Shown one piece after another: positions 9,159-19,272 of a DNA stretch of 64,000 nt. The stretch is taken from assembly GCA_965242965.1 (NCBI GenBank), contig OZ251518.1, positions 3,808,001 through 3,872,000 of the forward strand, in the 5' to 3' direction. Source of the stretch: Candidatus Poribacteria bacterium. GTDB lineage: Bacteria > Poribacteria > WGA-4E > WGA-3G. The position numbers and the translations under genes were made by a program. Every line of letters begins with the position of its first letter. Positions within the stretch are counted from its first letter, which is position 1. The notes under the pieces are model-generated. The model was not told the origin of the DNA and did no database searches. It saw only the letters and a program-made list of their open reading frames with translations.

Positions 9159-10634
9159 TCATGTCCTCAGATAAGTCTGCACCCCGCCGTAATGCCGCTC
9201 CGCCTTTGGACGCTCATCCACTTGCCACGGCAAATTCACCGGAATGAGTCCTTCCTCAAAATAGGAATCGGTTATCTGCCAGAATTGCAAGCGCGGGTAG
9301 TGCTTACCGTTGTGTTCAATGAATCCTTCCTCTTCGGCAACGTTGCGCATCCCTCGCGTAACCTCGTGCAAAGTAATGAAAATCCCAATGGCGGCACCGT
9401 TATCCCGCATTGCTGTGCGGAAGGCGCGCACCTGATTCGGGTTTAAACTCCTCCCCGATTTTACCTCGGCTATGACAGGCAGTTTCGTCTGCGCTGCCTC
9501 GGCGAGGTGCCTGTTTTCCCAGAGGGTAATCTTGCCCGTGCCGTCAAACCCGCCATCGTTGCTATTCGGCGTTGGCGCGAGGCCCAATCGGGTAACTGCC
9601 CAGTTCGCGAAATCGTGAGGATTCTGCTCGGCGAGAAGGATGGCATCTTGATGCGTTGTCGGATATCCCTCGATGCGGTAATCGGCGTTCGGACGGAGCC
9701 CATGGCGTTCTCGTAGCCGCCGCTCCATCGGGCCTAAAGCGAGGACAGTGAGCTCAATGCCTACCCAACGCCGCCCGAGGCCGTGTGCGGCATCGACTGT
9801 CGTGCCACAGCCACAGAAGGCATCGAAGACGATGTCACCGGGGTTGGAAGAGGCTTTGATGATGCGTTCAAGGAGCGCGAGCGGTTTCTGAGTGGGATAG
9901 CCGAGGCGTTCTTTGGAGAGATTAATCAACGGCTTGATGTCAGTCCACCAATCGTTAATCGGCGTGCCTTCTTCGCGATAGTGCAACGCACGGGTGCCAC
10001 CCCGGTCGGTGAACCTTTTGCCTGTCACGTTGTGTTCGCCGTAGGGACGATACTCGGTGTTAAAGATGACATCTTTCCCGCGGGCGTATCGCAAAATCAC
10101 GTCGTGTTTGCGCGGGAAATCCTTGCGCGGGATGCCGCCGCCCGCGTAACACCAGATAATCTCGTTCCGAAAATTCGCCGCGCCGAAAACTGCGTCCAGC
10201 ATCACTTTCAGGTAGTGACTCGCGTGCGGGTCACAGTGCAAATAAACGCTGCCATTCGGCTTCAACAACCGCCAAACCTCAGCCACGCGCGGTGCCATGA
10301 AGACGAGATAGGCGCGCATTGATTCATCTGCTCTCGACCCCCCCTTCAAAATTTTGTCAAAACCCGTTAAACAATCTGCTAACTTGTCCATGGTTTCAAC
10401 GAGTTCGGGGTGTCTGCCATCGTAGTAGAGGACGGATGCCTGATTCTCGCGCGCCGCGTCGTCCCACTGCCAGATGTCGTCAAACGCTTTGCGCTGCGCT
10501 TTGGAGCCGGCGAGGAAGATGTTGTAGTTGCGGCCGCTGTTAAACGGCGGATCGAAGTAACAGAGATGATAACTATGAGTTGGCATCTCTCGCATGACGT
10601 TGAGGTTATCGCCGAAATAGAGGGTATTTTCCAT
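9159..10634 (-). CDS. N6/N4 DNA methyltransferase fused to Mrr-like restriction endonuclease domain
   Basis: FDPPF catalytic motif, YPTQKP, DAFCGCGTT SAM motif; C-terminal DGGFDG...AEVKSG...VRAFR nuclease pattern. Confidence 0.88.
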   Translation of the reverse strand: MENTLYFGDNLNVMREMPTHSYHLCYFDPPFNSGRNYNIFLAGSKAQRKAFDDIWQWDDAARENQASVLYYDGRHPELVETMDKLADCLTGFDKILKGGSRADESMRAYLVFMAPRVAEVWRLLKPNGSVYLHCDPHASHYLKVMLDAVFGAANFRNEIIWCYAGGGIPRKDFPRKHDVILRYARGKDVIFNTEYRPYGEHNVTGKRFTDRGGTRALHYREEGTPINDWWTDIKPLINLSKERLGYPTQKPLALLERIIKASSNPGDIVFDAFCGCGTTVDAAHGLGRRWVGIELTVLALGPMERRLRERHGLRPNADYRIEGYPTTHQDAILLAEQNPHDFANWAVTRLGLAPTPNSNDGGFDGTGKITLWENRHLAEAAQTKLPVIAEVKSGRSLNPNQVRAFRTAMRDNGAAIGIFITLHEVTRGMRNVAEEEGFIEHNGKHYPRLQFWQITDSYFEEGLIPVNLPWQVDERPKAERHYGGVQTYLRT

Positions 10635-10648
10635 AGTTTCGTCTTTCG

Positions 10649-11659
10649 CTACGCTTTTTTGATGAGGCCGCCGGGTCGGAAGCGCATCAGCGCGATGAGA
10701 ATAATGCCGAAGAGCAGGTAGCGCATGCCGCTCAATTGGTAAGGCAGACTGATACGCAGGACTTCGCCGAGGGATGCTAAAATCGCCGCGCCGATGATGG
10801 CGTTCTTAATGCCGCCCATGCCGCCGAGGACTACCATGCAGAGGATGAAAATAGATTCCCAGAATTCAAACGCACTGGCACTGAGATTTATCCGAAACTG
10901 CGCGAAAAACGCGCCGCCGAGCGCGCCGATAGCCGCGCTCACTGCAAATGCCAGCGATTTATAGCGGCTCAGGTTAATCCCCATGCTCTCCGCTGCTTGT
11001 TCATCTTCGCGGATGGCAATCCAGGCTCTGCCGACACGGGAGTGTTGTAACCGATAGGTGACAAGCACCACTAGTGCCAGTAAGACGAGAATGTGGTAAT
11101 AGTTGTGCCAATTCTGGTCCAGGACAACACCGAAGAGTGTCGGTGGTGGAATATCGTGGACAAACCCGTTGGGCCCGCCGATAAGCCCAGTCCAATTTTT
11201 GACGATACGAAACAGCAGTTCTGCGAACCCGAATGTTACGATAGCGAAGTAATCGCCGGTGAGGCGCAGAGTCGGTGCGCCACGTAGGAGTCCCCACAGC
11301 GCGCCGTTCAGCAAAGCAATCGGGAGGACGAGCCAATAATTGACACCGAGCCGCGTCATCAAAAGTCCCGCCGTATAGCCGCCGACGAGATAAAACCCGA
11401 CGTAACCCAAATCCAACAAGCCGGTGAATCCGCACACAATGTTCAGCCCAACGGCGAGGAGCATATAGATGCCCGCCCAAACGATAATCCGCAGCAGGTA
11501 ATCACCACTCGGAATGCTGGTGGGGACAGAGATACCTTGCAAGGACAGCCACTGGATAGTGTAGTCAAGGAGGTAGGTAAGTCCCGGCAGAAAACAGATG
11601 ACGACGAAGAGGATGATGTTTTTCGGTGTTAATTTGTCTCTCATTTTTCTCTTTCGCAA
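10649..11659 (-). CDS. livM: Branched-chain amino acid ABC transporter permease
   Basis: GLLDLGYVGFY, LRLTGDYFAIVT, AIREDE, VVLGGMG. Confidence 0.92.
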   Translation of the reverse strand: MRKRKMRDKLTPKNIILFVVICFLPGLTYLLDYTIQWLSLQGISVPTSIPSGDYLLRIIVWAGIYMLLAVGLNIVCGFTGLLDLGYVGFYLVGGYTAGLLMTRLGVNYWLVLPIALLNGALWGLLRGAPTLRLTGDYFAIVTFGFAELLFRIVKNWTGLIGGPNGFVHDIPPPTLFGVVLDQNWHNYYHILVLLALVVLVTYRLQHSRVGRAWIAIREDEQAAESMGINLSRYKSLAFAVSAAIGALGGAFFAQFRINLSASAFEFWESIFILCMVVLGGMGGIKNAIIGAAILASLGEVLRISLPYQLSGMRYLLFGIILIALMRFRPGGLIKKA

Positions 11660-11711
11660 TGTGTTCGGCGGACATTACCGATGCAGAGACAGTTCACTTC
11701 TGCGAGCCCTG

Positions 11712-12608
11712 TTAGGCACGGGTGCCTGTCGTTTTTCCAAAGAGTCCCGAGGGCCGAATGAGGATGACAGCAATCATAATAATATAGGCAATCGCCAGCC
11801 GGTACCCGGAGGAAATATAGCCGGCACCTAGCACTTCGGCGAGCCCGATGAGGATACCGCCTATCATCGCGCCAGTGATATTGCCGATGCCGCCAAGCAC
11901 GGCGGCGGCGAACGCGGCGACACCTTTGTAGTAACCCATCGTCGGTTCAATCACTTCGCGCAACCCTACCATCACACCGGCGACGGCACCTAACGCTGAA
12001 CCGATGGCGAACGCCACGGCGATAACGCGGTTCGTCTGGATACCCATCAGATTCGCCGCAACCGGATTCTGCGCGCAGGCACGCATCGCTTTGCCAATTT
12101 TGGTTAAATAGATCAGCCGATTGAGCAAAATCATAAGCACCGCGGCGAACAAAATAATAAAAAGGTCGCGGTAGGGTAAATCCGCACCCCCAGGCAGCGG
12201 AATCGCATTTTCACTTAAGAAGAGAGCCGGGATGGCTTCTTCGGGGAAGGTGCGCTGCCGAGCACCCCAGATAATCCGCGCCAGATTCTGCAGCGCAAGA
12301 GACATACCAATCGCAGTAATTAACGCCGATAATCGTGGTGCCTTGCGCAGCGGCCGATACGCGATAACATCCATCCCCATGCCTATCCCCGCGCAGAGCA
12401 GCATGCAGATAGGCAACGCTACCCAAAACGGCACATGCAACACCGCGACGAGGATAAACGAAAAATAGGCACCAAGCATGAATATCTCGCCGTGGGCGAA
12501 ATTAATCAGCTGGATAATGCCGTAAACCATCGTATAGCCTACCGCGATGAGCGCGTAAATGCCGCCAAGAACCAAACCATTAATAAGTTGTTCTAAAAAT
12601 TGTGCCAT
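11712..12608 (-). CDS. livH: Branched-chain amino acid ABC transporter permease
   Basis: YALIAVGYTMVYGIIQLINFAHGE, AAAVLGGIG, RPSGLFG. Confidence 0.93.
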   Translation of the reverse strand: MAQFLEQLINGLVLGGIYALIAVGYTMVYGIIQLINFAHGEIFMLGAYFSFILVAVLHVPFWVALPICMLLCAGIGMGMDVIAYRPLRKAPRLSALITAIGMSLALQNLARIIWGARQRTFPEEAIPALFLSENAIPLPGGADLPYRDLFIILFAAVLMILLNRLIYLTKIGKAMRACAQNPVAANLMGIQTNRVIAVAFAIGSALGAVAGVMVGLREVIEPTMGYYKGVAAFAAAVLGGIGNITGAMIGGILIGLAEVLGAGYISSGYRLAIAYIIMIAVILIRPSGLFGKTTGTRA

Positions 12609-12621
12609 AATTTGCAAGGCC

Positions 12622-12664
12622 GGTAAGGCGAGGGACAAACGTTCCTCGCCTTACCGTTTTTTTT
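12622..12664. terminator. GC-rich hairpin between the liv binding-protein gene and livH
   Basis: CGGTAAGGCGAGG...CCTCGCCTTACCG followed by a T tract on the + strand; could instead be a REP-derived mRNA stabiliser. Confidence 0.45.
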
Positions 12665-12818
12665 ATGATGCGCAATGCGTTCGGTGGACATCACCGATGC
12701 AAAGACAGTTCATTTCCCAAGCCGTCTTGACGCGGTCTCTCCGATGGGGATGCATCGAGACCAGGAGGTCTCTCCTACCGGCATGCATCGAAACGTTGTC
12801 AAGACTTGCATCTTGGGA

Positions 12819-14006
12819 CTATTCTGGTGCGTCCAGATTCAGCAGTTGCTGCGGGGCCGCCATAAATTCTCCATCTTTGACGATTTTGACATAGGCAGGC
12901 TTGTTCAGGGTATCGCCGTGTTCATCAAAATAGGTGAGTCCCGTGATGCCCTTATAGCCTTCTTCCGGCGTGTCGAGGGATGCCAAATAGTCGCGGATGG
13001 CTTTCCGATTCTGTTTGAGAGTCGCTTTCGCCGAGTAAGTGGCTTCGATGGCTTCCGCAATCATGCCGACAGCATCGTAACTCAGCGCGGCCCAGGTATC
13101 CGGTGCTACGCCGTAGGCGGCTTCAAAATTTTCTGCAACGACTTGTGCTGCCTCGTTTTCAACACCGAAGAGAAAGGGTGTCGTGAGGTAGGTGCCTTCG
13201 GCGGCCGGTCCTGCAATTTTGAGGAAATCGGGTGAATCCACGCCATCTGCACCGAAGAACTGTGCAGTAGTGATGCCAGCCTCTCGTGCTTGTTTCGCAA
13301 TCAGTGCCGCTTGTCCGTAGAGCCCCGAGATGAAAATACCGTCTGGATTCTTGGCTTTGATGCTGGTGAGCTGCGCCTTAAAATCGGTATTATCCCTGTC
13401 ATAGGCTTCCGAGGCGACAAGATTGAGGCCGACTGCCTTCGCCTCCGCGGTGAATGCATCGGCGAGCCCTCTGCCGTAGTCGTCATTGTCGAAAAGCACC
13501 GCGACGTTCTTTAATTCAGGCAGGACACTCTTGATGTATTTCGCGATGAATTGCCCCTGAAAATCGTCGCGATACAAGTTCCTGAACGTCCAATCGCTAC
13601 CTTTGCAAACGTTGACGTTCGTGGAGCCGGGCGACAATGCAACGATGCCAGCCCGTTTATAGGTGGGTTTGCCGGCGAGTGAGCACGAGCTATTGAAATG
13701 CCCGACGACTGCGAGGATTTCGCGGTTGGTGGCGATACGTTCTGCGACAAGGCTTGCCTCGCCATCTTTGCCTGCATCGTCTTCAAAGACGAGTTTCAGC
13801 GTCATGCCGTTAATGCCGCCTGCGGCGTTGATTTCGTCAGCCTTCAAGTTCGCGCCGCGTTCTATCATTTCTCCGAATGCCGCCGCGCTGCCGGTAAACG
13901 GCCCCGCAACAGCAACTTTCAATTCTTTTGCTGCTTCGCTTGGCAGGATGCCTGCCAAACCGAGGGCGATGCCCATCAGCAGAAGCCCTAAAAACCATTT
14001 TTTCAT
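12819..14006 (-). CDS. Branched-chain amino acid ABC transporter substrate-binding protein (LivJ/LivK family)
   Basis: Signal peptide, GPFTG, INAAGGING, VVGHFNSS, DFKAQLTSIK. Confidence 0.92.
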   Translation of the reverse strand: MKKWFLGLLLMGIALGLAGILPSEAAKELKVAVAGPFTGSAAAFGEMIERGANLKADEINAAGGINGMTLKLVFEDDAGKDGEASLVAERIATNREILAVVGHFNSSCSLAGKPTYKRAGIVALSPGSTNVNVCKGSDWTFRNLYRDDFQGQFIAKYIKSVLPELKNVAVLFDNDDYGRGLADAFTAEAKAVGLNLVASEAYDRDNTDFKAQLTSIKAKNPDGIFISGLYGQAALIAKQAREAGITTAQFFGADGVDSPDFLKIAGPAAEGTYLTTPFLFGVENEAAQVVAENFEAAYGVAPDTWAALSYDAVGMIAEAIEATYSAKATLKQNRKAIRDYLASLDTPEEGYKGITGLTYFDEHGDTLNKPAYVKIVKDGEFMAAPQQLLNLDAPE

Positions 14007-14154
14007 GAGTCTATGTTCCTTTCTTTGTGGTGCGTCTTCTACCTATCATAATCGTTGTGGCAGAAAAACGCGAGACGTTTTGAATGCCTACTAGGACAAT
14101 TCAGTTTACAGATACACGGTAAGGACAGATGTCTCTATCTGTCCGCTTCCCCGG

Positions 14155-14399
14155 CATGCATCGAGACCGGGAGGTCTCTCCTACGGGTTTGGGTAGGAGG
14201 GACATCCTTGTCCCGATACGGTGGGCATCGCGACCGGGAGGTTTCTCCTCCGCGTCTGGGTAGGAGGGACATCCTTGTCCCGATATGTTTAAAAATCGAG
14301 ACCGGGAGGTCTCTCCTACCGGGATGCATCGCGACCGGGCGCGCCTATTGACACTTCCCTTTTTTATCGTAACGTTGAGCGATTTATGAAACACCCTCA
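14155..14399. repeat. REP cluster ending in the TTATGAAACACCCTCA end motif
   Basis: Multiple CGAGACCGGGAGGTCTCTCCTAC and GTAGGAGGGACATCCTTGTCCCGA copies. Confidence 0.8.
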
Positions 14400-15194
14400 T
14401 TATTTTACCGCAACCACCTGTTTAAAGTCAAATTTAAATTCAGGTTCGATCGGCTGCCCGTCTGGCGGAATAATCTGGATGCCAGAGACAACAAGCCTGA
14501 CTTCGGTTGCGTCGTTTTCAAGCCGGTTGAAGATTAAAAGCCCGCGCCGTTGCGCACCACGGAATAACTTGCCACCGGCGAAAATGCTGTCCTCAGCTAA
14601 GGCGCGTCCCCCTTCCAACGCCTCCTCGTCAACGTAGGAATAAGAGCCATAATACGAAGGATAGTAGGGCGAATAGCCGTAGCGATAATAAGGCGAATAG
14701 GAGTAAGGATAAACGGGACGCACGGTTAACTCGCCGCGAGAAATGTCCACGTCATCGTAGAGCCGCTCAAAGTAATCGTAAGGCAGCGCGGCGTGTTGCG
14801 CGCCGTTTTTATCGATGAGCACCGCCGCGTCATCGGCAACCTGCACGCGCGGGCTATCAAGGTTGTGAACCGTCACTTCAAAAACGGTGTAGAGCGGCTC
14901 AACAGCCCCATTCCGTTCAACGACGAGATAAGGGTTCATCCACGGTTCATCGGTGAGCGCGAAGAGATCTACTTCTGTGAGCGGTTGCAGGGTAACAGCG
15001 ATGCCTTTCTGTTCAATAGTCATCGCGCCTGTTTCGGTATCAATCTGCGCGGGTGAACGTTCTGTCATCGGTTCCATGTAGACATCAACAGCCGGGTGCG
15101 GTTTCGCTGCGCATCCGCAAAGCACGAGAGACACTGCCCCGACGAAGAGGAGCATCCATTTCCGGGGTGTTCCGGTAAAAACTTGGCATATCAT
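14400..15194 (-). CDS. Hypothetical lipoprotein with Tyr-rich low-complexity insert
   Basis: Lipobox-like LCGC after a hydrophobic stretch; RBS GGAGG; YPYSYSPYYRYGYSPYYPSYYGSYSY segment. Confidence 0.75.
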   Translation of the reverse strand: MICQVFTGTPRKWMLLFVGAVSLVLCGCAAKPHPAVDVYMEPMTERSPAQIDTETGAMTIEQKGIAVTLQPLTEVDLFALTDEPWMNPYLVVERNGAVEPLYTVFEVTVHNLDSPRVQVADDAAVLIDKNGAQHAALPYDYFERLYDDVDISRGELTVRPVYPYSYSPYYRYGYSPYYPSYYGSYSYVDEEALEGGRALAEDSIFAGGKLFRGAQRRGLLIFNRLENDATEVRLVVSGIQIIPPDGQPIEPEFKFDFKQVVAVK

Positions 15195-15227
15195 GAGATT
15201 TGCCCTCCTAAAACAGTCATGAATTTT

Positions 15228-15257
15228 ATTATACCACAAGTTACCTTGAAATGTCAA
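15228..15257 (-). promoter_or_regulatory. Sigma70-type promoter
   Basis: TTGACA-18 bp-TATAAT on the minus strand upstream of the ATG at 15194. Confidence 0.7.
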
Positions 15258-15331
15258 ATTTTTCCCAGCGGCATTCGTTGGGGAGAACCTTTCGGTGCGC
15301 CGTTCCTGTCTCAATGCGAGCGATGCATCCT

Positions 15332-16124
15332 GATAGGAGGAGACCTCGGGTCTCGAATTCTTCCTTTTCCTGTCGACTGCCCCTCCCAGTCTCGCTGCGC
15401 GCGATGTTTTCCCGGTAGGAGAGACCTCCCGGTTTCAATGTTCCCGTAGCGCGGGGGCCTGTCCCCCGCGATTCTCGATTACCGTAGCGCGGGGGCCTGT
15501 CCCCCGCGATCTCCATCGTTAAGCGGTAGCGTTTTAGGTCCGTTGGGACCTGAAGAGAACGCGCTCCGTTTTTTTTACCCTCTCTGTAATTTGTGATCGC
15601 CTGATCACAAACGGGTCAAGATCGGGCGATCTTGATCTACAGGGGTGATGCGGTCTGACAGCAAAACGCTGGCGAGGGGAACCCGCTCGCGAACGCGTGT
15701 GGAACCCTACGAGGGCCCTCGCCCTACGATGCAGTGCCGTTTTTTTTCGCCGTAGCGCGGGGGCCTGTCCCCCGCGATTTCTCGATGTTCCCGTAGCGCG
15801 GGGGCCTGTCCCCCGCGATCGTTGGATGACGCGAGCGATGGCGAGGGACAGGCCCTCGCCCTACGGTGAGGGGGAAGCGTTTTTTCATTGTAGCGCGGGG
15901 GACAGGCCCCCGCGATCTCCATCGTCATGATGTGTGTTTCCCCCTCTGTAGTTTGTGATCGCCTGATCACAAACGGGTCGGGATCAGGCGATCCCGAACT
16001 ACAGGGCCTGGTGCACGGACGCTGGCGAGGGACAGGCCCTCGCCCTACGTGAAGGGCGGCGTTTTTTCACCGTAGCGCGGGGGCCTGTCCCCCGCGACGT
16101 TGAGCCATTTATGAAACATCCTCA
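15332..16124. repeat. Large REP array (GTAGCGCGGGGGCCTGTCCCCCGCG and related hairpins) ending in TTATGAAACATCCTCA
   Basis: Several near-identical GTAG-headed hairpins in both orientations. Confidence 0.88.
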
Positions 16125-16126
16125 CT

Positions 16127-17380
16127 TTAATTAGCAACGTTGTCCAAACCGCTTCCTTCTGATTTCTCCAATTGCTGATACTGCATTGTCACATTGGCGA
16201 CAATGCCTGTCCATAACCCTGCCATCACCATCGCGGTGAGAGAGAAGGCGGCACCCGGTATCGTCTTGACAACGAAGCTCGCCAATTTAATCACTCCCGC
16301 GCTGCCGCCCTTCGCGAAACGGTAGCAGAACGAATCGATGAGCTGCTTCGCACGATACCGCTCATCGTAGGATAGCGGCATGTAGAACAATTCTTTCGCC
16401 GCCCGGAAGAACGAATAGTCAAACGCTTTGAATAATAAGTATGCGAGCGAACCCATGCGGAGTGAGGGACGCAGCGTCAACGCAAGTCCACTCAGCAGAT
16501 GCACCACCGGAATGACGTGATGAATCACGCGCACCGAAAGAAACCGCAATGCAAGCGGCACGACTATCAGTTGCAAAACGGCGGTGCAGCCATTTAAAAC
16601 CGCGTAAAAAGTGCCGTAGAATGCGGTTCTGACATCGACATCCGGTCTCTCGATTTCAACGAGCCCGTTGAACCGAAGATCGAGGACAGTGGAGACGACT
16701 TGCGTGCTTAAGATGAGCAGGGCCACGGAGACGAGGTATCGCGAACTGAAAAGCGCGCCAGCCCCGAGATGTCCGCGCCGCCCACCTGCTTCTTCCAACG
16801 TCGGTTTCGGTTCTCCAGCGAGCCTGTAGGCAAGCGCACTGAAAAGCGTTGTAGGCACGAGAGATGCTGCCGTGAATAGCAGCAGCGTTTGCGTCCCTAA
16901 CAGTTCCGCCCATCTGCTGACAAGGATGCCACCTACCACAGAACCTACCGAGGCGACAGCACAGAAGGGACCGTTTATCCGTTTCGCCTGCGTCGACGTA
17001 AGCGTGCTGTTGACGAAGGACCAGAATTGCTCTATGATAATCACGATGTATGCCTCGCGGAAGACATAGATGATCGCAGCGGCAAAATGCACGCCGCGGG
17101 AAAGCGCGAGGTAGCACCCGAAGATTAATGCACCGGACAGCAGCGAGGTTATCACCAACGTGCGCGTCGCACCGAGCCGCGACAACAGAATACCGTATAC
17201 ATAGAGCAGCAGCAAGAGAGCCGGGGGCACCGCCACCATCGCACTCGGCAGGTTCTCCGCACCGTAACTCTCAATGAATAGGGAGGTGGAAACGGCGCGG
17301 ATGAACTCGTAACCGCACAGCAGGAAACTCGCGGCAATTGAAATGAAAATGGCGGCAAAAATGATACGTCGTGGAAACAT
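16127..17380 (-). CDS. NTT/Npt1-like (ATP/ADP translocase family) MFS transporter
   Basis: Many TM segments; QFWSFVNSTLTSTQAKR and KELFYMPLSYDERYRAKQLIDSFCYRFAK resemble the TLC/NTT family signature. Confidence 0.75.
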   Translation of the reverse strand: MFPRRIIFAAIFISIAASFLLCGYEFIRAVSTSLFIESYGAENLPSAMVAVPPALLLLLYVYGILLSRLGATRTLVITSLLSGALIFGCYLALSRGVHFAAAIIYVFREAYIVIIIEQFWSFVNSTLTSTQAKRINGPFCAVASVGSVVGGILVSRWAELLGTQTLLLFTAASLVPTTLFSALAYRLAGEPKPTLEEAGGRRGHLGAGALFSSRYLVSVALLILSTQVVSTVLDLRFNGLVEIERPDVDVRTAFYGTFYAVLNGCTAVLQLIVVPLALRFLSVRVIHHVIPVVHLLSGLALTLRPSLRMGSLAYLLFKAFDYSFFRAAKELFYMPLSYDERYRAKQLIDSFCYRFAKGGSAGVIKLASFVVKTIPGAAFSLTAMVMAGLWTGIVANVTMQYQQLEKSEGSGLDNVAN

Positions 17381-17410
17381 ACACCAAAAACCTTGTAGGC
17401 GCGTCCGTTA

Positions 17411-18238
17411 TTACCGCGTCGGAATCGTATCTTCCTCTGGCCGAGGCGCATGGACCCAGTGGCCGCTCGGGTCGCTACCTCTAGCGATGATGGTGCGTCG
17501 GTTCCAACTGTTCGCCGCACGGACATCCGGTGGGACGAACCGCATCGTCAAACCGCATCGCCGCCGGTCAGATGTATTTGATTCAGAACCGTGGAGCAGC
17601 AAATCCGAATGCAGCGAGATTTGTCCGGCTTTCATCTCAAACGGCACGGGGGCATCGCCGTATTGCTCCGGGTCAAGCACGGTTTGGCTCAGCACATTCT
17701 TTTCCTCGGCGGCACTGCGTTCAAAGGCGATTTGTCCGTGCAGATGCGATTTCGGGACGACGGTCATCGCGCCGTTTTCAACGTCGGCATCGTCAATGGC
17801 GAGCCAGACGGTGACAGTCTTGCTCGGCGAGAGGGGCCAGTAAGAGGCATCCTGATGCCAGCTAACCTGCTGTTCTTCGCCGGGGAGTTTGCAGAAATAG
17901 TGCGTCGCCCAGCAGATGAGGGTTTCGCCGAGTAGATCCTGCACGTAATCGAGGATCTTGTCCTCGTTGACTAAATCATAGATGCCGGTGCAGTGCGTCT
18001 GCCAGCCGTTAATGGAGTAACTACTCCATCCTGCGTCGACAGCCTTTTGCATGAGTCCATCAAAATAGGCGCGGTGCTCGGCTATCTCGGCTTCAGAGAA
18101 GACATCGAGTGGGAAGATGAAACCGTTCTCATTGAAGCGTTGGAGCTGCGCGCGCGTAAGCGTTTTCGGGTGTTCGGTTTCCACCGGAAAAAATTGGAGT
18201 TTGCGATTTAATTCAGGCATCGCATCGGTGATTGGCAT
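17411..18238 (-). CDS. Phytanoyl-CoA dioxygenase (PhyH) family protein
   Basis: WHQD, VTVWLAIDDADVENGAM, HGS..N.S..RR Fe/2OG motifs. Confidence 0.92.
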   Translation of the reverse strand: MPITDAMPELNRKLQFFPVETEHPKTLTRAQLQRFNENGFIFPLDVFSEAEIAEHRAYFDGLMQKAVDAGWSSYSINGWQTHCTGIYDLVNEDKILDYVQDLLGETLICWATHYFCKLPGEEQQVSWHQDASYWPLSPSKTVTVWLAIDDADVENGAMTVVPKSHLHGQIAFERSAAEEKNVLSQTVLDPEQYGDAPVPFEMKAGQISLHSDLLLHGSESNTSDRRRCGLTMRFVPPDVRAANSWNRRTIIARGSDPSGHWVHAPRPEEDTIPTR

Positions 18239-18269
18239 GGGAAATTCTCCTTGGATACGACTTTATTTT

Positions 18270-18298
18270 ATCATACTTTATCCGCGTTTTGATGTCAA
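18270..18298 (-). promoter_or_regulatory. Sigma70-type promoter
   Basis: TTGACA-17 bp-TATGAT on the minus strand upstream of the PhyH gene. Confidence 0.7.
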
Positions 18299-18321
18299 GA
18301 AAAAAGAGCAGAAAGTTAGAC

Positions 18322-19232
18322 GAAGGGGTTTCATAAATCCGTTTCGGTAGGAGAGACCTCCTGGTCTCGATGCTCTCACATCACCGTAGCGCGGGGGCCT
18401 GTCCCCCGCGAACGCTCAAGAGACGTTATTTTCACCGTAGCGCGGGGGCCTGTCCCCCGCGAACGTTGGATTGCGCGGATGCTGGCGAGGGACAGGCCCT
18501 CGCCCTACGGTATGCGGGGCGTTTTTTTCCCGTAGCGCGGGGGCCTGTCCCCCGCGATCTCTCAAGAGACGTTCTTTTCACCGTAGCGCGGGGGCCTGTC
18601 CCCCGCGATCTCTATCGTCACGGTGTGTTCCCCCTTCTGTAGTTTGTGATCGCCTGATCACAAACAGGTCGGGAGCAGGTGCTCCCGAACTACAGGGCCT
18701 GGCGCGTGAATGATGGCGAGGGACAGGCCCTCGCGCTACGGTGAGGGGTGGCGTTTTTTTCCCGTAGCGCGGGGGCCTGTCCCCCGCGATTTCTCAAGAG
18801 ACGTTCTTTTCACCGTAGCGCGGGGGCCTGTCCCCCGCGATCTCTATCGTCACGGTGTGTTCCCCCTTCTGTAGTTTGTACTCGCCTGATCACAAACGAG
18901 TCGGGAGCAGGTGCACCCGAACTACAGAGCCTAGCGAGCGGATGATGGCGAGGGACAGGCCCTCGCCCTACGGTAACGCACGCCGTTTTTTCCTGTAGCG
19001 CGGGGGCCTGTCCCCCGCGATTTCTCTCGCCACGGTGTGTTGCCCCTTCTGTAGTTTGTGATCGCCTGATCACAAACGGGTCGGGAGCAGGTGCACCCGA
19101 ACTACAGAGCCTAGCGAGCGGATGATGGCGAGGGACAGGCCCTCGCCCTACGGTAACACACGCCGTTTTTTTTCCGCATCGAGACCAGGAGGTCTCTCCT
19201 ACCCGGCGGCCATCGATTTATGAAACATCCTC
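18322..19232. mobile_element. MITE-like element: inverted ends enclosing a tandem REP array
   Basis: Left GAAGGGGTTTCATAAATC + GTAGGAGAGACCTCCTGGTCTCGATGC; right GCATCGAGACCAGGAGGTCTCTCCTAC + GATTTATGAAACATCCTC; internal units recur at 232 and 180 bp spacing. Confidence 0.7.
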
Positions 19233-19272
19233 AAAAAAAATACGTGATAGAGGACATTTTTTCTTAAAAAAC

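Noticed and set aside
15241-15970. Short ORFs with ARGPVPR / AGACPPR peptides (also 18370-19073 and 24152-24712)
   Set aside because: Translations of REP hairpins rather than genes
18380-19170. Possible CRISPR array
   Set aside because: Repeats occur in both orientations, spacing is irregular, intervening sequences are themselves repeated, and no cas genes are present; fits a REP mosaic
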